Assembly (NCBI GenBank): GCA_942491855.1
Contig: CALOCL010000025.1
Coordinates: 66,910 to 130,909 of the forward strand
DNA from: an uncultured Bacteroidales bacterium
GTDB lineage: Bacteria > Bacteroidota > Bacteroidia > Bacteroidales > GCA-2711565
Length of the DNA stretch: 64,000 nt
Direction of reading: 5' to 3'
In this document: piece after piece, positions 48,740 through 58,110 of the stretch
How positions within the stretch are numbered: position 1 is the stretch's first letter
Layout: every line of letters starts with the position of its first letter
Notes under the pieces: model-generated
Database searches by the model: none
The model's input: the letters and a program-made list of their open reading frames with translations, nothing else
What the model was told of the DNA's origin: nothing
Program-made: the position numbers and the translations under genes

Positions 48740-49510
48740 ATGAAACTAATCGATACTCATGCTCATTTATACCTTGATGCTTTTGATAAGGATCGTGAAC
48801 AGGTAGTTAGAAATGCAATTGAGAGGGGGGTTGAACAGATGTATCTTCCAAACATCAACAGTAAATCGATACCAGGAATGCTTGAGTTAGAAAGAAAGTT
48901 TCCAAAAAATTGTTTTGCCATGATGGGTTTGCATCCAACGGATGTTAAAGAAGATTATGAAAGCGAACTCAAAATTGTTGAAGAGTGGTTAGCAAAACGA
49001 AAGTTTATTGCCGTAGGTGAAATTGGAATTGATTTGTATTGGGATACCAGCTTTAAAAGTGAGCAAATTATTGCTTTCAGATTTCAAATTGAGCAGGCAA
49101 AAAAATACAATCTCCCGATTGTCATTCACTCCCGAGATTCAATGACTGAAATTTTAGCTGAATTAAATTCAATAAATTTGGATAGTGTAAACGGCGTATT
49201 TCATTGTTTCAATGGAAATTTAGAAGAAGCAGAACAGGTAATTGAAATGGGATTTTTGTTGGGCATAGGAGGTGTAGTCACCTTTAAAAAGGCTGGACTT
49301 GACAAAATAGTTTCGGCTATTGACCTGAAGCACTTGTTGTTGGAGACAGATGCACCTTTTTTAACTCCTGCACCACATAGGGGGAAACGCAACGAAAGTG
49401 CTCATACCTATCATATAGCCCAAAAAATCGCAGAAATTAAAAAGACTAACATTGAGGAGGTAGCTGAAATCACAACAGAGAATGCAATGCACCTTTTTAA
49501 AATGGATTAA
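48740..49510 (+). CDS. tatD: TatD-family metal-dependent hydrolase
   Basis: 256 aa. IDTHAHL, GEIGIDLYW, IHSRD and ETDAPFL motifs. Confidence 0.9.
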   Translation: MKLIDTHAHLYLDAFDKDREQVVRNAIERGVEQMYLPNINSKSIPGMLELERKFPKNCFAMMGLHPTDVKEDYESELKIVEEWLAKRKFIAVGEIGIDLYWDTSFKSEQIIAFRFQIEQAKKYNLPIVIHSRDSMTEILAELNSINLDSVNGVFHCFNGNLEEAEQVIEMGFLLGIGGVVTFKKAGLDKIVSAIDLKHLLLETDAPFLTPAPHRGKRNESAHTYHIAQKIAEIKKTNIEEVAEITTENAMHLFKMD

Positions 49511-49516
49511 AGAAAT

Positions 49517-50545
49517 ATGACAACAAAATCTTCGATATTGGTTTTATATACCGGGGGAACCATTGGTATGATTCAGGATGATATTACTGGTGCTTTGCAA
49601 CCCTTTAACTTCGATAAAATTTTTGAACAAATTCCGGTTTTGAACAGAATTGGTTGCGAATTAAATTTCATTTCATTCGATCCGTTGATTGATTCTTCAA
49701 ACATGCATCCCAAACATTGGATAAAATTGGTTGAAATCATTGAGAAGGAATACAAAAATTATGATGGATTCGTAATTTTACATGGTTCAGACACCATGGC
49801 TTACACAGCATCAGCATTAAGTTTTATGCTCGAGAACCTAAATAAGCCGGTAATTTTAACTGGTTCTCAGCTTCCACTTGGGATGATTAGAACTGACGGG
49901 CGAGAGAATTTTATCGCCGCCATTGAAATCGCAGCAGCTAAGAAAAATGGGGTGCCTGTAATTCCTGAAGTCGCCATTTATTTTGAAGATAAATTACTGA
50001 GAGGCAATCGCACCAGTAAATTAAATGCCGAAAACTTTAATGCTTTTTTTTCGGGAAATTATCCATCATTGGCTGAAGTGGGTGTACACATTAAATATAA
50101 CTACAATTTCATAAGAAAGTTGAACAAAAAAGAACTCATTGCACATACCAACTTAAATGAGAATGTGGTTATTTTAAAACTTTTCCCTGGAATATCCCAA
50201 GCAGCGGTACGGGCTATTTTATGCATTCCTAGTTTGGAAGCCGTTATTTTAGAGACCTTTGGCGCAGGAAATGCTCCTACCGAAAAATGGTTTATTGAGG
50301 AGTTAAAAAATGCAACAAATCGTGGAATAATAGTTGTTAATGTTACGCAGTGCAAAGAAGGAGCTGTGGAGATTGGGAAATATGAAACCAGTGTGGATTT
50401 AGGAAAGATAGGCATCCTTGGTGGTTACGATATTACTACAGAGTCGGCGTTAACAAAGTTGATGTATTTATTAGGAGAGAAAACAGTGCCATCAAAAATT
50501 AAATCGCTGCTTCAAAAATCTTTACGTGGTGAATTAACAATTTAA
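49517..50545 (+). CDS. ansA: Type I (cytoplasmic) L-asparaginase
   Basis: 342 aa. TGGTIGM catalytic-Thr motif and HGSDTMAYTASAL. Confidence 0.88.
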   Translation: MTTKSSILVLYTGGTIGMIQDDITGALQPFNFDKIFEQIPVLNRIGCELNFISFDPLIDSSNMHPKHWIKLVEIIEKEYKNYDGFVILHGSDTMAYTASALSFMLENLNKPVILTGSQLPLGMIRTDGRENFIAAIEIAAAKKNGVPVIPEVAIYFEDKLLRGNRTSKLNAENFNAFFSGNYPSLAEVGVHIKYNYNFIRKLNKKELIAHTNLNENVVILKLFPGISQAAVRAILCIPSLEAVILETFGAGNAPTEKWFIEELKNATNRGIIVVNVTQCKEGAVEIGKYETSVDLGKIGILGGYDITTESALTKLMYLLGEKTVPSKIKSLLQKSLRGELTI

Positions 50546-50604
50546 AATGCGTCCACATGAATATTTTTATACATTTGCAACGAAAAATTTAGTTATTTGA
50601 CATT

Positions 50605-50695
50605 GGAGAGGTGGCCGAGCGGTTGAAGGCGCACGCTTGGAAAGCGTGTGTACGCCAAAAGTGTACCGGGGGTTCGAATCCCTTCCTCTCCGCCA
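50605..50695 (+). tRNA. tRNA-Ser (anticodon GGA), CCA encoded
   Basis: GGAGAGG acceptor, anticodon loop TTGGAAA, long variable arm GTACGCCAAAAGTGTAC, T-loop TTCGAAT. Confidence 0.92.
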
Positions 50696-50833
50696 CATTT
50701 TAACACTAAAATATTGGGTAAATGTTTTACTCAATTAAAAATAAATATTTATATTTGCGAACTGTGAATTTCGGAAATATTTAAATAACAATAAATTAAT
50801 ACACTTTTTAGTTTGAATTATTAAGAAAAACAA

Positions 50834-51655
50834 ATGTTAACTATGAAAAAATTAATTGCTTTAATGACGATAGCAGGAATGCTAACTTTTGGATTTTCAA
50901 ATATGGTTGTAGCGCAAGAGAATGCAGCTGCAGATACTGAAATGACAACAGATACAACACCAGTTGAAGCACAAGCCACTGACGTTGTTAATACACTTGA
51001 AACTCCAGAAGCAGAAGAATTAGGGTTTCAACAAATTATCAAAGAACAATTTATCGCAGGTGACTGGCGATTTATGGGACTGGTATTGATTACTCTTGTC
51101 CTTGGATTAGCCCTTAGTATTGAAAGAATCATTTATTTGAATCTTGCAACTACTAATAATCAGAAACTATTAAATCAAGTAGAATCTGCTTTAGAAACTG
51201 GCGGAGTTGATGCAGCTCTTGAAATCTGTAAAGACACCAAAGGACCTGTAGCAAGTATCTTCTATCAAGGTTTAGACAGATATTCTGAAGGAATTGATAT
51301 CGTTGAAAAATCTATTGTTTCTTACGGTAGTGTTTTAATGGGTCGATTAGAAAAAGGTTTATCATGGATTTCTTTGATGATTGGAATTGCCCCTATGCTT
51401 GGTTTCATGGGTACTGTAATCGGTATGATTGTAGCATTCGAATCAATTGAAGCAGCTGGTGATATTTCAGCAAACATTGTAGCGGGTGGTATGAAAGTAG
51501 CTCTTTTAACTACTGTATTCGGTTTGATCGTAGCGGTTATTCTTCAGATTTTTTACAATTATCTTCTTTCAAAAGTTGATGGTTTAGTAAACGACATGGA
51601 AGACAGCACCATTACTTTTATCGACATCCTTACAAAATTCAAATCAAAAAATTAA
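50834..51655 (+). CDS. exbB: MotA/TolQ/ExbB proton-channel protein
   Basis: 273 aa. Signal/TM, then the conserved C-terminal GIAPMLGFMGTVIGMI...A..TT..GL pattern. Confidence 0.85.
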   Translation: MLTMKKLIALMTIAGMLTFGFSNMVVAQENAAADTEMTTDTTPVEAQATDVVNTLETPEAEELGFQQIIKEQFIAGDWRFMGLVLITLVLGLALSIERIIYLNLATTNNQKLLNQVESALETGGVDAALEICKDTKGPVASIFYQGLDRYSEGIDIVEKSIVSYGSVLMGRLEKGLSWISLMIGIAPMLGFMGTVIGMIVAFESIEAAGDISANIVAGGMKVALLTTVFGLIVAVILQIFYNYLLSKVDGLVNDMEDSTITFIDILTKFKSKN

Positions 51656-52081
51656 TTGAACATGACTGATACTATTAACAAAATATTACAAATCGGACTT
51701 CTTGTTGTATTTGCTATATCAGCAGTTCTGTTTGTACTATTCTATATTAACGGAGAATCAATGACCGATACGGTATTATCGTGGGCATATATTTTGTTTG
51801 CATTTACCATTGTGTTATTGCTCGGATTTCCGATTGCTTTCTTCATTAAAAATCCCAAGAGTGGCTTACGCATGTTATTTGTATTAGTAGGCTTTGGTAT
51901 TCTTTATGGGATTTCTTATGCATTAGCATCTGATGCTACTAATGCTGCCATTTATGAAAAACAGGATGTTTCGTCTGGTATCTCTCAAATGATCGGGGGC
52001 GGATTAATCATGACTTACATACTGGTTGGAATAGCCTTGCTTTCATTAGCGGTTTCCAGTATTGCAAAATTATTAAAGTAA
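51656..52081 (+). CDS. Small polytopic membrane protein of the exbB-exbD cluster
   Basis: 141 aa with four hydrophobic segments, in the position typical of Bacteroidota TonB-system clusters. The start is TTG 51656 or ATG 51662. Confidence 0.5.
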   Translation: MNMTDTINKILQIGLLVVFAISAVLFVLFYINGESMTDTVLSWAYILFAFTIVLLLGFPIAFFIKNPKSGLRMLFVLVGFGILYGISYALASDATNAAIYEKQDVSSGISQMIGGGLIMTYILVGIALLSLAVSSIAKLLK

Positions 52082-52101
52082 AAACATTTAAATAAAAACA
52101 A

Positions 52102-52671
52102 ATGGCAAGGAAAACTCCTGAGGTTAATGCTGGCTCGATGGCAGACATTGCTTTCCTGATGCTTATCTTCTTTCTGGTTACTACAACCATGGATGTGGAT
52201 ACAGGAATCATCCGTCAGTTATCACCTCCACCACCACCAGACGCACCAATACCGGATATTAATAAAAGAAATATGATGTCGATTTTGGTTAACAACCAAG
52301 ATAACTTAATGATTAACGGTAAGCCCGGCAACATTAGTACACTTAGAGCAGATGTAAAGGATTTCATGTCGATTCATCCTGATGATCCTGCATATCCTGT
52401 AGTTGAATTTAAAACCTTTGATTATTTAGGGGAAATTCAGGTTACTAAAGGTATTATTTCTTTAAAAAGTACGCGTGGTACGTCCTATGAAATGTATATT
52501 AAAGTTCAGAACGAATTAGCAGCTGCCTTTTCAGATCTACGTAATGATTTGGCCATGCAGAAGTTTGGCAAAAGATACGATAAGATTGTTGATCTGAATA
52601 TTATTGAGGATATTAACAAAGCTATTAAGATTAGCGTTTCTGAAGCTGAACCTGAAGAAATAAAGTTATAG
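52102..52671 (+). CDS. exbD: ExbD/TolR family protein
   Basis: MADIAFLMLIFFLVTT N-terminal TM signature. Confidence 0.85.
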   Translation: MARKTPEVNAGSMADIAFLMLIFFLVTTTMDVDTGIIRQLSPPPPPDAPIPDINKRNMMSILVNNQDNLMINGKPGNISTLRADVKDFMSIHPDDPAYPVVEFKTFDYLGEIQVTKGIISLKSTRGTSYEMYIKVQNELAAAFSDLRNDLAMQKFGKRYDKIVDLNIIEDINKAIKISVSEAEPEEIKL

Positions 52672-52683
52672 GAGGAAAATAAT

Positions 52684-53148
52684 ATGTCAAGATTTAAAAA
52701 ACAAGGATCAAAAGAAGTACCTGCAATTAGTACTTCATCAATGCCTGATATTATTTTCATGCTATTGTTCTTCTTCATGGTAACAACTACCATGAAAGAA
52801 ACTACAGTAATGGTAAGAAACACTTTACCTCAGGCATCAGAAGTTGAAAAACTCGAAAAAAAGTCGCTGGTAAGCTTTATCATTGTAGGGCCTCCTCATC
52901 AAACTGACGTTTACGGAACAGAACCTCGTATTCAGTTAAACGACCGATTTGCATTGGTTTCAGAAATTCAGGAGTTTGTGGCTACTGAAAGAGAAGCCCG
53001 TGATGAAGTTGACCGTAAATTTATTACCACCTCATTAAAAGTTCATTATGAAACTAAAATGGGATTGGTATCTGATATTAAACAAGAGCTTCGACAAGCC
53101 GGAGCATTTAAAATTAATTACTCAACAAGAAAAGTTGCACGTAAGTAA
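52684..53148 (+). CDS. exbD: ExbD/TolR family protein (second copy)
   Basis: MPDIIFMLLFFFMVTT signature. Confidence 0.85.
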   Translation: MSRFKKQGSKEVPAISTSSMPDIIFMLLFFFMVTTTMKETTVMVRNTLPQASEVEKLEKKSLVSFIIVGPPHQTDVYGTEPRIQLNDRFALVSEIQEFVATEREARDEVDRKFITTSLKVHYETKMGLVSDIKQELRQAGAFKINYSTRKVARK

Positions 53149-53153
53149 AGCAA

Positions 53154-53215
53154 AAATTACAACATAAAAAAAAGAGGAAATAATTATATTTCCTCTTTTT
53201 TTTATGTTGTAATTT
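53154..53215. terminator. 62-bp perfect palindrome, bidirectional terminator
   Basis: AAATTACAACATAAAAAAAAGAGGAAATA-ATTA-TATTTCCTCTTTTTTTTATGTTGTAATTT. The arms are 29 nt with no mismatch. Confidence 0.8.
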
Positions 53216-54137
53216 GTTTGTCTCGATACCACTTATAACTGATTAGCATGAAGAATACGAAAAATATCACACTGGCAACTATCACAATTACACTGTCTGA
53301 CGAACCAATTGATTCGACGTCGGAGTTGATTAGATCAATAGATCCTGTTGCATAAATAAAAACTATTGCAAATGCATTGTTTATAAAATGAATTAACATC
53401 GGCACCCATAATGAACCTGACCAAACAAACATATATCCAAGTATTATACCCAATAAGAGGCGGGGAAGAAAGCCGTAAAATTGCAGATGTAGTGCACTAA
53501 ATAAAATGGCCGAAATAATTACAGCAAAATGAATGTTCTTTGTCCATTCTTTAAACAATCTCAATACTACACCTCTAAACAAAAATTCCTCTCCTATAGC
53601 AGGAATAATTGCGATCATAAAAACATTAAATAACATTCCACTTAAACTCTTAACATTCAGAAAAGCAACGATTAATTGATTTGATTCAACTTCCATTCTT
53701 TCCATCCAGTTTTCAATACCGGAAAGCCATTCGGGCAAACTCATATTTTTATTTATTTCGCCCAACCAACTAATAAAAGGCAAGGCCACAAAAATAATAA
53801 TGGTTGAAATAACTAATACTTTAAGCTGGGGTTTAACATTAAGATGAAGATAGATTGCAAATTTACGAGAAGCCCAGTAAGCGAACAAAATAGGAGGAAA
53901 AACAAACAATCCTAACTGATTAATAATTTGATAGTACTTCAAAAAATTGAGGGTGCTTGGATCAGAATAATCTTTATTGCCTGCCATATCAAGTAAGTCC
54001 ATTCCCCAAAACGGGATGGCCAGTGCCAGTCCAAATATTGAAGCAAAAAGGAGTGAAATGAGCAAAAGTATAATTAATGCAATTAGTTTAAGAGGTGCAG
54101 AATAAGCAGCCAAAAAAGGTTGTTTATCAATATTCAT
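53202..54137 (-). CDS. CPBP-family intramembrane glutamic endopeptidase (CAAX protease-like)
   Basis: GEEFLFRGV, FSALHL and HFINN motifs. The start is set at ATG 54137 (MNIDKQPF...), because the track's 103-codon extension overlaps dusB on the other strand. Confidence 0.8.
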   Translation of the reverse strand: MNIDKQPFLAAYSAPLKLIALIILLLISLLFASIFGLALAIPFWGMDLLDMAGNKDYSDPSTLNFLKYYQIINQLGLFVFPPILFAYWASRKFAIYLHLNVKPQLKVLVISTIIIFVALPFISWLGEINKNMSLPEWLSGIENWMERMEVESNQLIVAFLNVKSLSGMLFNVFMIAIIPAIGEEFLFRGVVLRLFKEWTKNIHFAVIISAILFSALHLQFYGFLPRLLLGIILGYMFVWSGSLWVPMLIHFINNAFAIVFIYATGSIDLINSDVESIGSSDSVIVIVASVIFFVFFMLISYKWYRDKQITT

Positions 54138-54192
54138 AGATTTATCAGTATTTAAGCGTAAAATTAATAATTTTGCAGTTTGTAAAACGATT

Positions 54193-55200
54193 ATGATTAA
54201 AATAGCCCATATTGAAGTTGGAGACTTCCCGATCTTACTAGCCCCAATGGAGGATGTAAGTGATCCTCCATTCAGATATTTATGTAAAATGTTTGGGGCA
54301 GATATCATGTATACCGAATTTATTTCCTCAGAAGGCTTAATTCGGGATGCAGCTAAAAGTGTAAAAAAGCTAGATTTTTCAGAATTTGAACGTCCGATTG
54401 GCATCCAAATTTTCGGACATAATATTGATTCGATGATTAAAGCCACGGAATATGCCGAAGCTTCTAATCCTGATATTATTGATATTAATTATGGCTGCCC
54501 AGTTCGCAAAGTTGTAGCACGTGGTGCAGGGTCCGGAATTTTAAATGATATCCCCAAAATGGTGAAAATGACCGAAGCTGTTGTTAAGGCCACCAAATTA
54601 CCAGTTACTGTTAAAACACGTTTGGGCTACGATAACGATCATCGTGAGATTGTGGATATTGCAGAAAGATTGCAGGATGTAGGGATCAAAGCGCTAACCA
54701 TACATGGGCGAACGCGAACCATGAAATCGAGCGAAGCTGCTGAGTGGGACTTAATCAGAGATGTGAAAAACAATCCCCGAATGCAGATTCCTGTTTTTGG
54801 TAATGGAGACGTTACAGGCCCTGAAAGTGCGAAATACTTTAAAGATAATTTTAATGTTGATGGATTAATGATTGGTCGAGCGAGCTACGGAAATCCTTGG
54901 ATATTCAGAGACATTAAACACTTTTTAAAAACCGGAGAGATTCTTTCCAAGCCCGATATTGCCGAAAGGGTTAAAATTTGCAAACTACATTTAGAAAAAT
55001 CAATTGAGTGGAAGGGCGAACATAGAGGTATTTTTGAAATCCGAAAACATTACGGTGATTACTTTAAAGGAATTAAAAACTTCAAAGAATTTAAAATAAA
55101 ACTGGTTAGTCTCGAGCATCCTGACGAAATTTTCCAAACCCTTAACGAAATCGATGCACATTACAAACTTAATCCAAGTGGTTTAACACCGCTTGTTTAA
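54193..55200 (+). CDS. dusB: tRNA-dihydrouridine synthase
   Basis: 335 aa. LAPMEDVSD.PFR, DINYGCP, VKTRLG and HGRTR motifs. Confidence 0.9.
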   Translation: MIKIAHIEVGDFPILLAPMEDVSDPPFRYLCKMFGADIMYTEFISSEGLIRDAAKSVKKLDFSEFERPIGIQIFGHNIDSMIKATEYAEASNPDIIDINYGCPVRKVVARGAGSGILNDIPKMVKMTEAVVKATKLPVTVKTRLGYDNDHREIVDIAERLQDVGIKALTIHGRTRTMKSSEAAEWDLIRDVKNNPRMQIPVFGNGDVTGPESAKYFKDNFNVDGLMIGRASYGNPWIFRDIKHFLKTGEILSKPDIAERVKICKLHLEKSIEWKGEHRGIFEIRKHYGDYFKGIKNFKEFKIKLVSLEHPDEIFQTLNEIDAHYKLNPSGLTPLV

Positions 55201-55816
55201 GTCTTTTATTTTCGAACAAATCTAATACCTCATTCTTTAAGTGCAAACATTTTATTCCTAGTTGCTGAGCCGGCTCAATATTTTGTATAGAATCATCAAT
55301 AAACAATGCTTGCTCAGGCTTTAAATGCATATTGGAAATCAAATGTTCATAGGCATCAATATTGGGTTTCCTTTTTTTTATGTCAAAAGAAAAAAATGAT
55401 TTGATAAAGAGTCCGTCGAAGGATTTATAATTTGTAATTTCCTGAAATTGTTTTAAAAAAAAAGCATAATGAATTCTGTTGGTATTGCTAAATAAAAAAA
55501 TTTGATAGTTTTTTTTCAACGCATCTAATAATTCCAATCTCCTTTTGTCAAATCCAACCAATAATGAATTCCATGCTTCATCGATCTCATCATCCGTAAA
55601 ATGTTTCTTGGTTAATCTCCTAATTTCATTTCGGAATTCATCAGGCTTAATTAAGTCCATTTCCAATCTTTCGAATAAGTAATTCTGACTAGCCTGAGAA
55701 TAGAGTTGATCAAAATCATGAACCCCAATAGCTGAAAATGCACGCTGTGCTCGATGAAAATCAATGTTATAAATTACACCCCCAAAATCGAAAATGATAT
55801 TCTTAATTAAAGCCAT
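55169..55816 (-). CDS. HAD-superfamily hydrolase
   Basis: 215 aa. IIFDFGGVI (DxG motif I), SNTN (motif II) and FIDDS (motif IV). Confidence 0.8.
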   Translation of the reverse strand: MALIKNIIFDFGGVIYNIDFHRAQRAFSAIGVHDFDQLYSQASQNYLFERLEMDLIKPDEFRNEIRRLTKKHFTDDEIDEAWNSLLVGFDKRRLELLDALKKNYQIFLFSNTNRIHYAFFLKQFQEITNYKSFDGLFIKSFFSFDIKKRKPNIDAYEHLISNMHLKPEQALFIDDSIQNIEPAQQLGIKCLHLKNEVLDLFENKRLKQAVLNHLD

Positions 55817-55920
55817 AGGATTTAAAATAATTTAAAAAAGTGCTTTATTAAAACATAAAAATATATAAATTTGCAATCGCTTTCAGTTCGGAAGCAAGTA
55901 TATCATAACAAATATACTTT

Positions 55921-55994
55921 GGGCCTATAGCTCAGTTGGTTAGAGTAGTTGACTCATAATCAATTGGTCCCTGGTTCGAGTCCAGGTGGGCCCA
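55921..55994 (+). tRNA. tRNA with CAT anticodon; body resembles the lysidine-modified tRNA-Ile2 type, elongator Met not excluded
   Basis: GGGCCTATAGCTCAGTTGGTTAGAG..., anticodon loop CTCATAA, variable region TTGGTC as in E. coli ileX, T-loop TTCGAGT. Confidence 0.9.
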
Positions 55995-56003
55995 CTACCT
56001 AAG

Positions 56004-56040
56004 CGGAATGCCTTTAACCACAAGGGTGTTCCGTTTTTTT
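56004..56040 (+). terminator. Terminator of tRNA(CAT)
   Basis: CGGAATGCCTT...AAGGGTGTTCCG hairpin followed by T7. Confidence 0.7.
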
Positions 56041-56119
56041 ATTAGAAAACATGCAAGCTGGATGAGAAGTTTCTGCCACAGGCAGATAAATATTACCATG
56101 AGTGAAGCGATAGAGGGAA

Positions 56120-56176
56120 GTCCAGTTGGATCCACTACCTAAACGGAATACCTTTAAACAAGGATATTCCATTTTA
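56120..56176 (+). repeat. Degenerate second copy of the tRNA(CAT) 3' end plus its terminator
   Basis: GTCCAGTTGGATCCACTACCTAAACGGAATACCTTTAA--ACAAGGATATTCCATTTT aligns with 55980-56038, with about 10 differences. Most are G/C to A/T, and the hairpin is retained. Confidence 0.8.
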
Positions 56177-56701
56177 TTTGTTTATTTATTTTTAAGAAAA
56201 CCCAAGAATACTTCACCCTTATAGTACTGACTTTGTACTACATACCAGCTTATAATTCTTCATACCCCAAATGGTCTAGGTAAAAAACCAATGCAAAAAT
56301 AGGTGGATTACCTATTTTTTAAAGCAAAACCTGCTTTAATTTAGCAATATGATTTTTAAATAAAATTATTTACTTAAAACAAAACGCTAAATAACAACTA
56401 AGCAATTACTAATAAAGAAATATAATAGATAAGATATTAGCAATGAGATATTAATTAAGTGTTTTTGTAGATAATAATTAGGGCTCTCACGTTTTGTGAA
56501 TTTGGTTAATAGTTTTATTTTAATTGATTGGTTTAATGGGAATAAAGGCTGCTTTTTGGTTAGGGCAGCCTTTTTATTGTTAATAAAAGTTAAGTAAGTT
56601 TCCTCTCATAATTTTTAACTGTAAATTGCGTTAATTCTTCGAATGCAGATTTAGCTATTAATTATTGAAAACACTATATTTGCACACTAAATCAAAAATT
56701 T

Positions 56702-57370
56702 ATGAGAAAAATTGCAATACTTGCCGTATTCGTTTTATTTGGAGTCAATACTTTTGCTCAGGATGCAGATTACCTTTATGAGAAAAATTTTAATATTGGC
56801 TTTGATGTTTACAATAGTTTTTGGATGGGTATTCCGGAAAATGTAAGCCAAAAAGGATTAAATCTTGGGTATAGTGTTTATGGGATGTACAATCATCGAT
56901 TAAAAACAAGCCCTTTTAGTGTTGCGGGTGGTGTTGGAATTTCTTCCATTAGTTTTTCTTCTAATTCAGTTGTTGTTGATCCTGCTGCTGAAGTTATCAC
57001 TTTTGATACCATTGCAAATGATATTGATTATGACAGAAGCAAAATGGTATTTACCTATCTTGACATCCCACTTGAACTTAGATATAAAACCACGAAAAAT
57101 TTCAGATTGGCAATTGGGCTTAAACTCGGCTTCAGACTTGATAATCACTCGACCTACAAAGGTGATCGATTTGACGGTTCGGAGGTTCCAATCGTACTCA
57201 AGAAAAAAGATATTGCAAATACTGAAAAAATATTAGTTACTTCAATTTTAAAAGTTGGTTATAAATGGCTTAACTTAAATTTTAGCTATTCGTTAAACAA
57301 GATTTTTGAATTAGAAAAAGGACCTCAAATTCATCCGTTTACAGTGGGTATTACTTTTAACCCATTTTAA
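56702..57370 (+). CDS. Outer-membrane beta-barrel protein (small porin/PorT-like family)
   Basis: 222 aa. Signal peptide ending TFAQ, alternating beta-strand pattern and a C-terminal ...ITFNPF aromatic terminus. Confidence 0.65.
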   Translation: MRKIAILAVFVLFGVNTFAQDADYLYEKNFNIGFDVYNSFWMGIPENVSQKGLNLGYSVYGMYNHRLKTSPFSVAGGVGISSISFSSNSVVVDPAAEVITFDTIANDIDYDRSKMVFTYLDIPLELRYKTTKNFRLAIGLKLGFRLDNHSTYKGDRFDGSEVPIVLKKKDIANTEKILVTSILKVGYKWLNLNFSYSLNKIFELEKGPQIHPFTVGITFNPF

Positions 57371-57403
57371 CAAAGCAATAATTTTTCAAGATTAATAATT
57401 AAG

Positions 57404-57432
57404 AAAGCCTGTATAAATTGCAGGCTTTTTTT
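57404..57432 (+). terminator. Intrinsic terminator
   Basis: AAAGCCTG-loop-CAGGCTTT followed by a T run. Confidence 0.7.
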
Positions 57433-57480
57433 GATATCGGTCAAGAATTATTGTTTGCTTAAAAATACGAATCTGAAATA

Positions 57481-58092
57481 TTAAAAATAAAGTGCCAGGT
57501 ATATCATTCCAAACACTCCTAAAAAAAAACCTGCGTAAACCTGTAATTGCGAATGTGCTTTAAGTTGAAGACGAGCAAATCCAATTAAACCCGCAACGAA
57601 AACCGCAACATAAATCCAGAATGGACTACCCAAAATACCAGTGAACGATAACCCAATTAACATTCCTATCACACCACCTATGGCAATCATATGAATGCTT
57701 ATTTTCCAGAAAAAGTTGATCACAAAAGCTGTCATGCTCAAAACGGTGGCACCAAACGTGAAAAAATGAAAGATTGGAGAAATTTGCACATTCTTTAATA
57801 AATAATAGGCAAAAAAATAGAAAATAATTGTTGTGATGTAAGGGAATTTACGCTCCTGCCTCGAAAGTTGATAGAGCGATTTAATCATGTTTCTGCTCTT
57901 AAAAAATAAAATAACCATCACCGGAAAAACAAAAGTGACAATAAAAATAAGCAGTAAAATTCTCAATTTACCTTCGGTGGGTATGATCAACGAAAAATAA
58001 GCTTTAATGCTGAACAGGAGCACAAATGCATAAGTAGGTATGAGCAAAGGGTGAAATAAATATGAGATAATTTTAGCAATCTTAGTTTGCAT
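57481..58092 (-). CDS. Hypothetical polytopic membrane protein
   Basis: 203 aa with about six hydrophobic segments, directly downstream of rpoN. No motif I can name with confidence. Confidence 0.45.
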   Translation of the reverse strand: MQTKIAKIISYLFHPLLIPTYAFVLLFSIKAYFSLIIPTEGKLRILLLIFIVTFVFPVMVILFFKSRNMIKSLYQLSRQERKFPYITTIIFYFFAYYLLKNVQISPIFHFFTFGATVLSMTAFVINFFWKISIHMIAIGGVIGMLIGLSFTGILGSPFWIYVAVFVAGLIGFARLQLKAHSQLQVYAGFFLGVFGMIYLALYF

Positions 58093-58110
58093 TTGAGATG
58101 ACTTTACTGA

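Noticed and set aside
54138-54446. 103-codon N-terminal extension of the track ORF 53202..54446
   Set aside because: The extension has no membrane-protein character and overlaps the start of dusB on the opposite strand. The conserved CPBP protein begins at ATG 54137 (MNIDKQPF...)..
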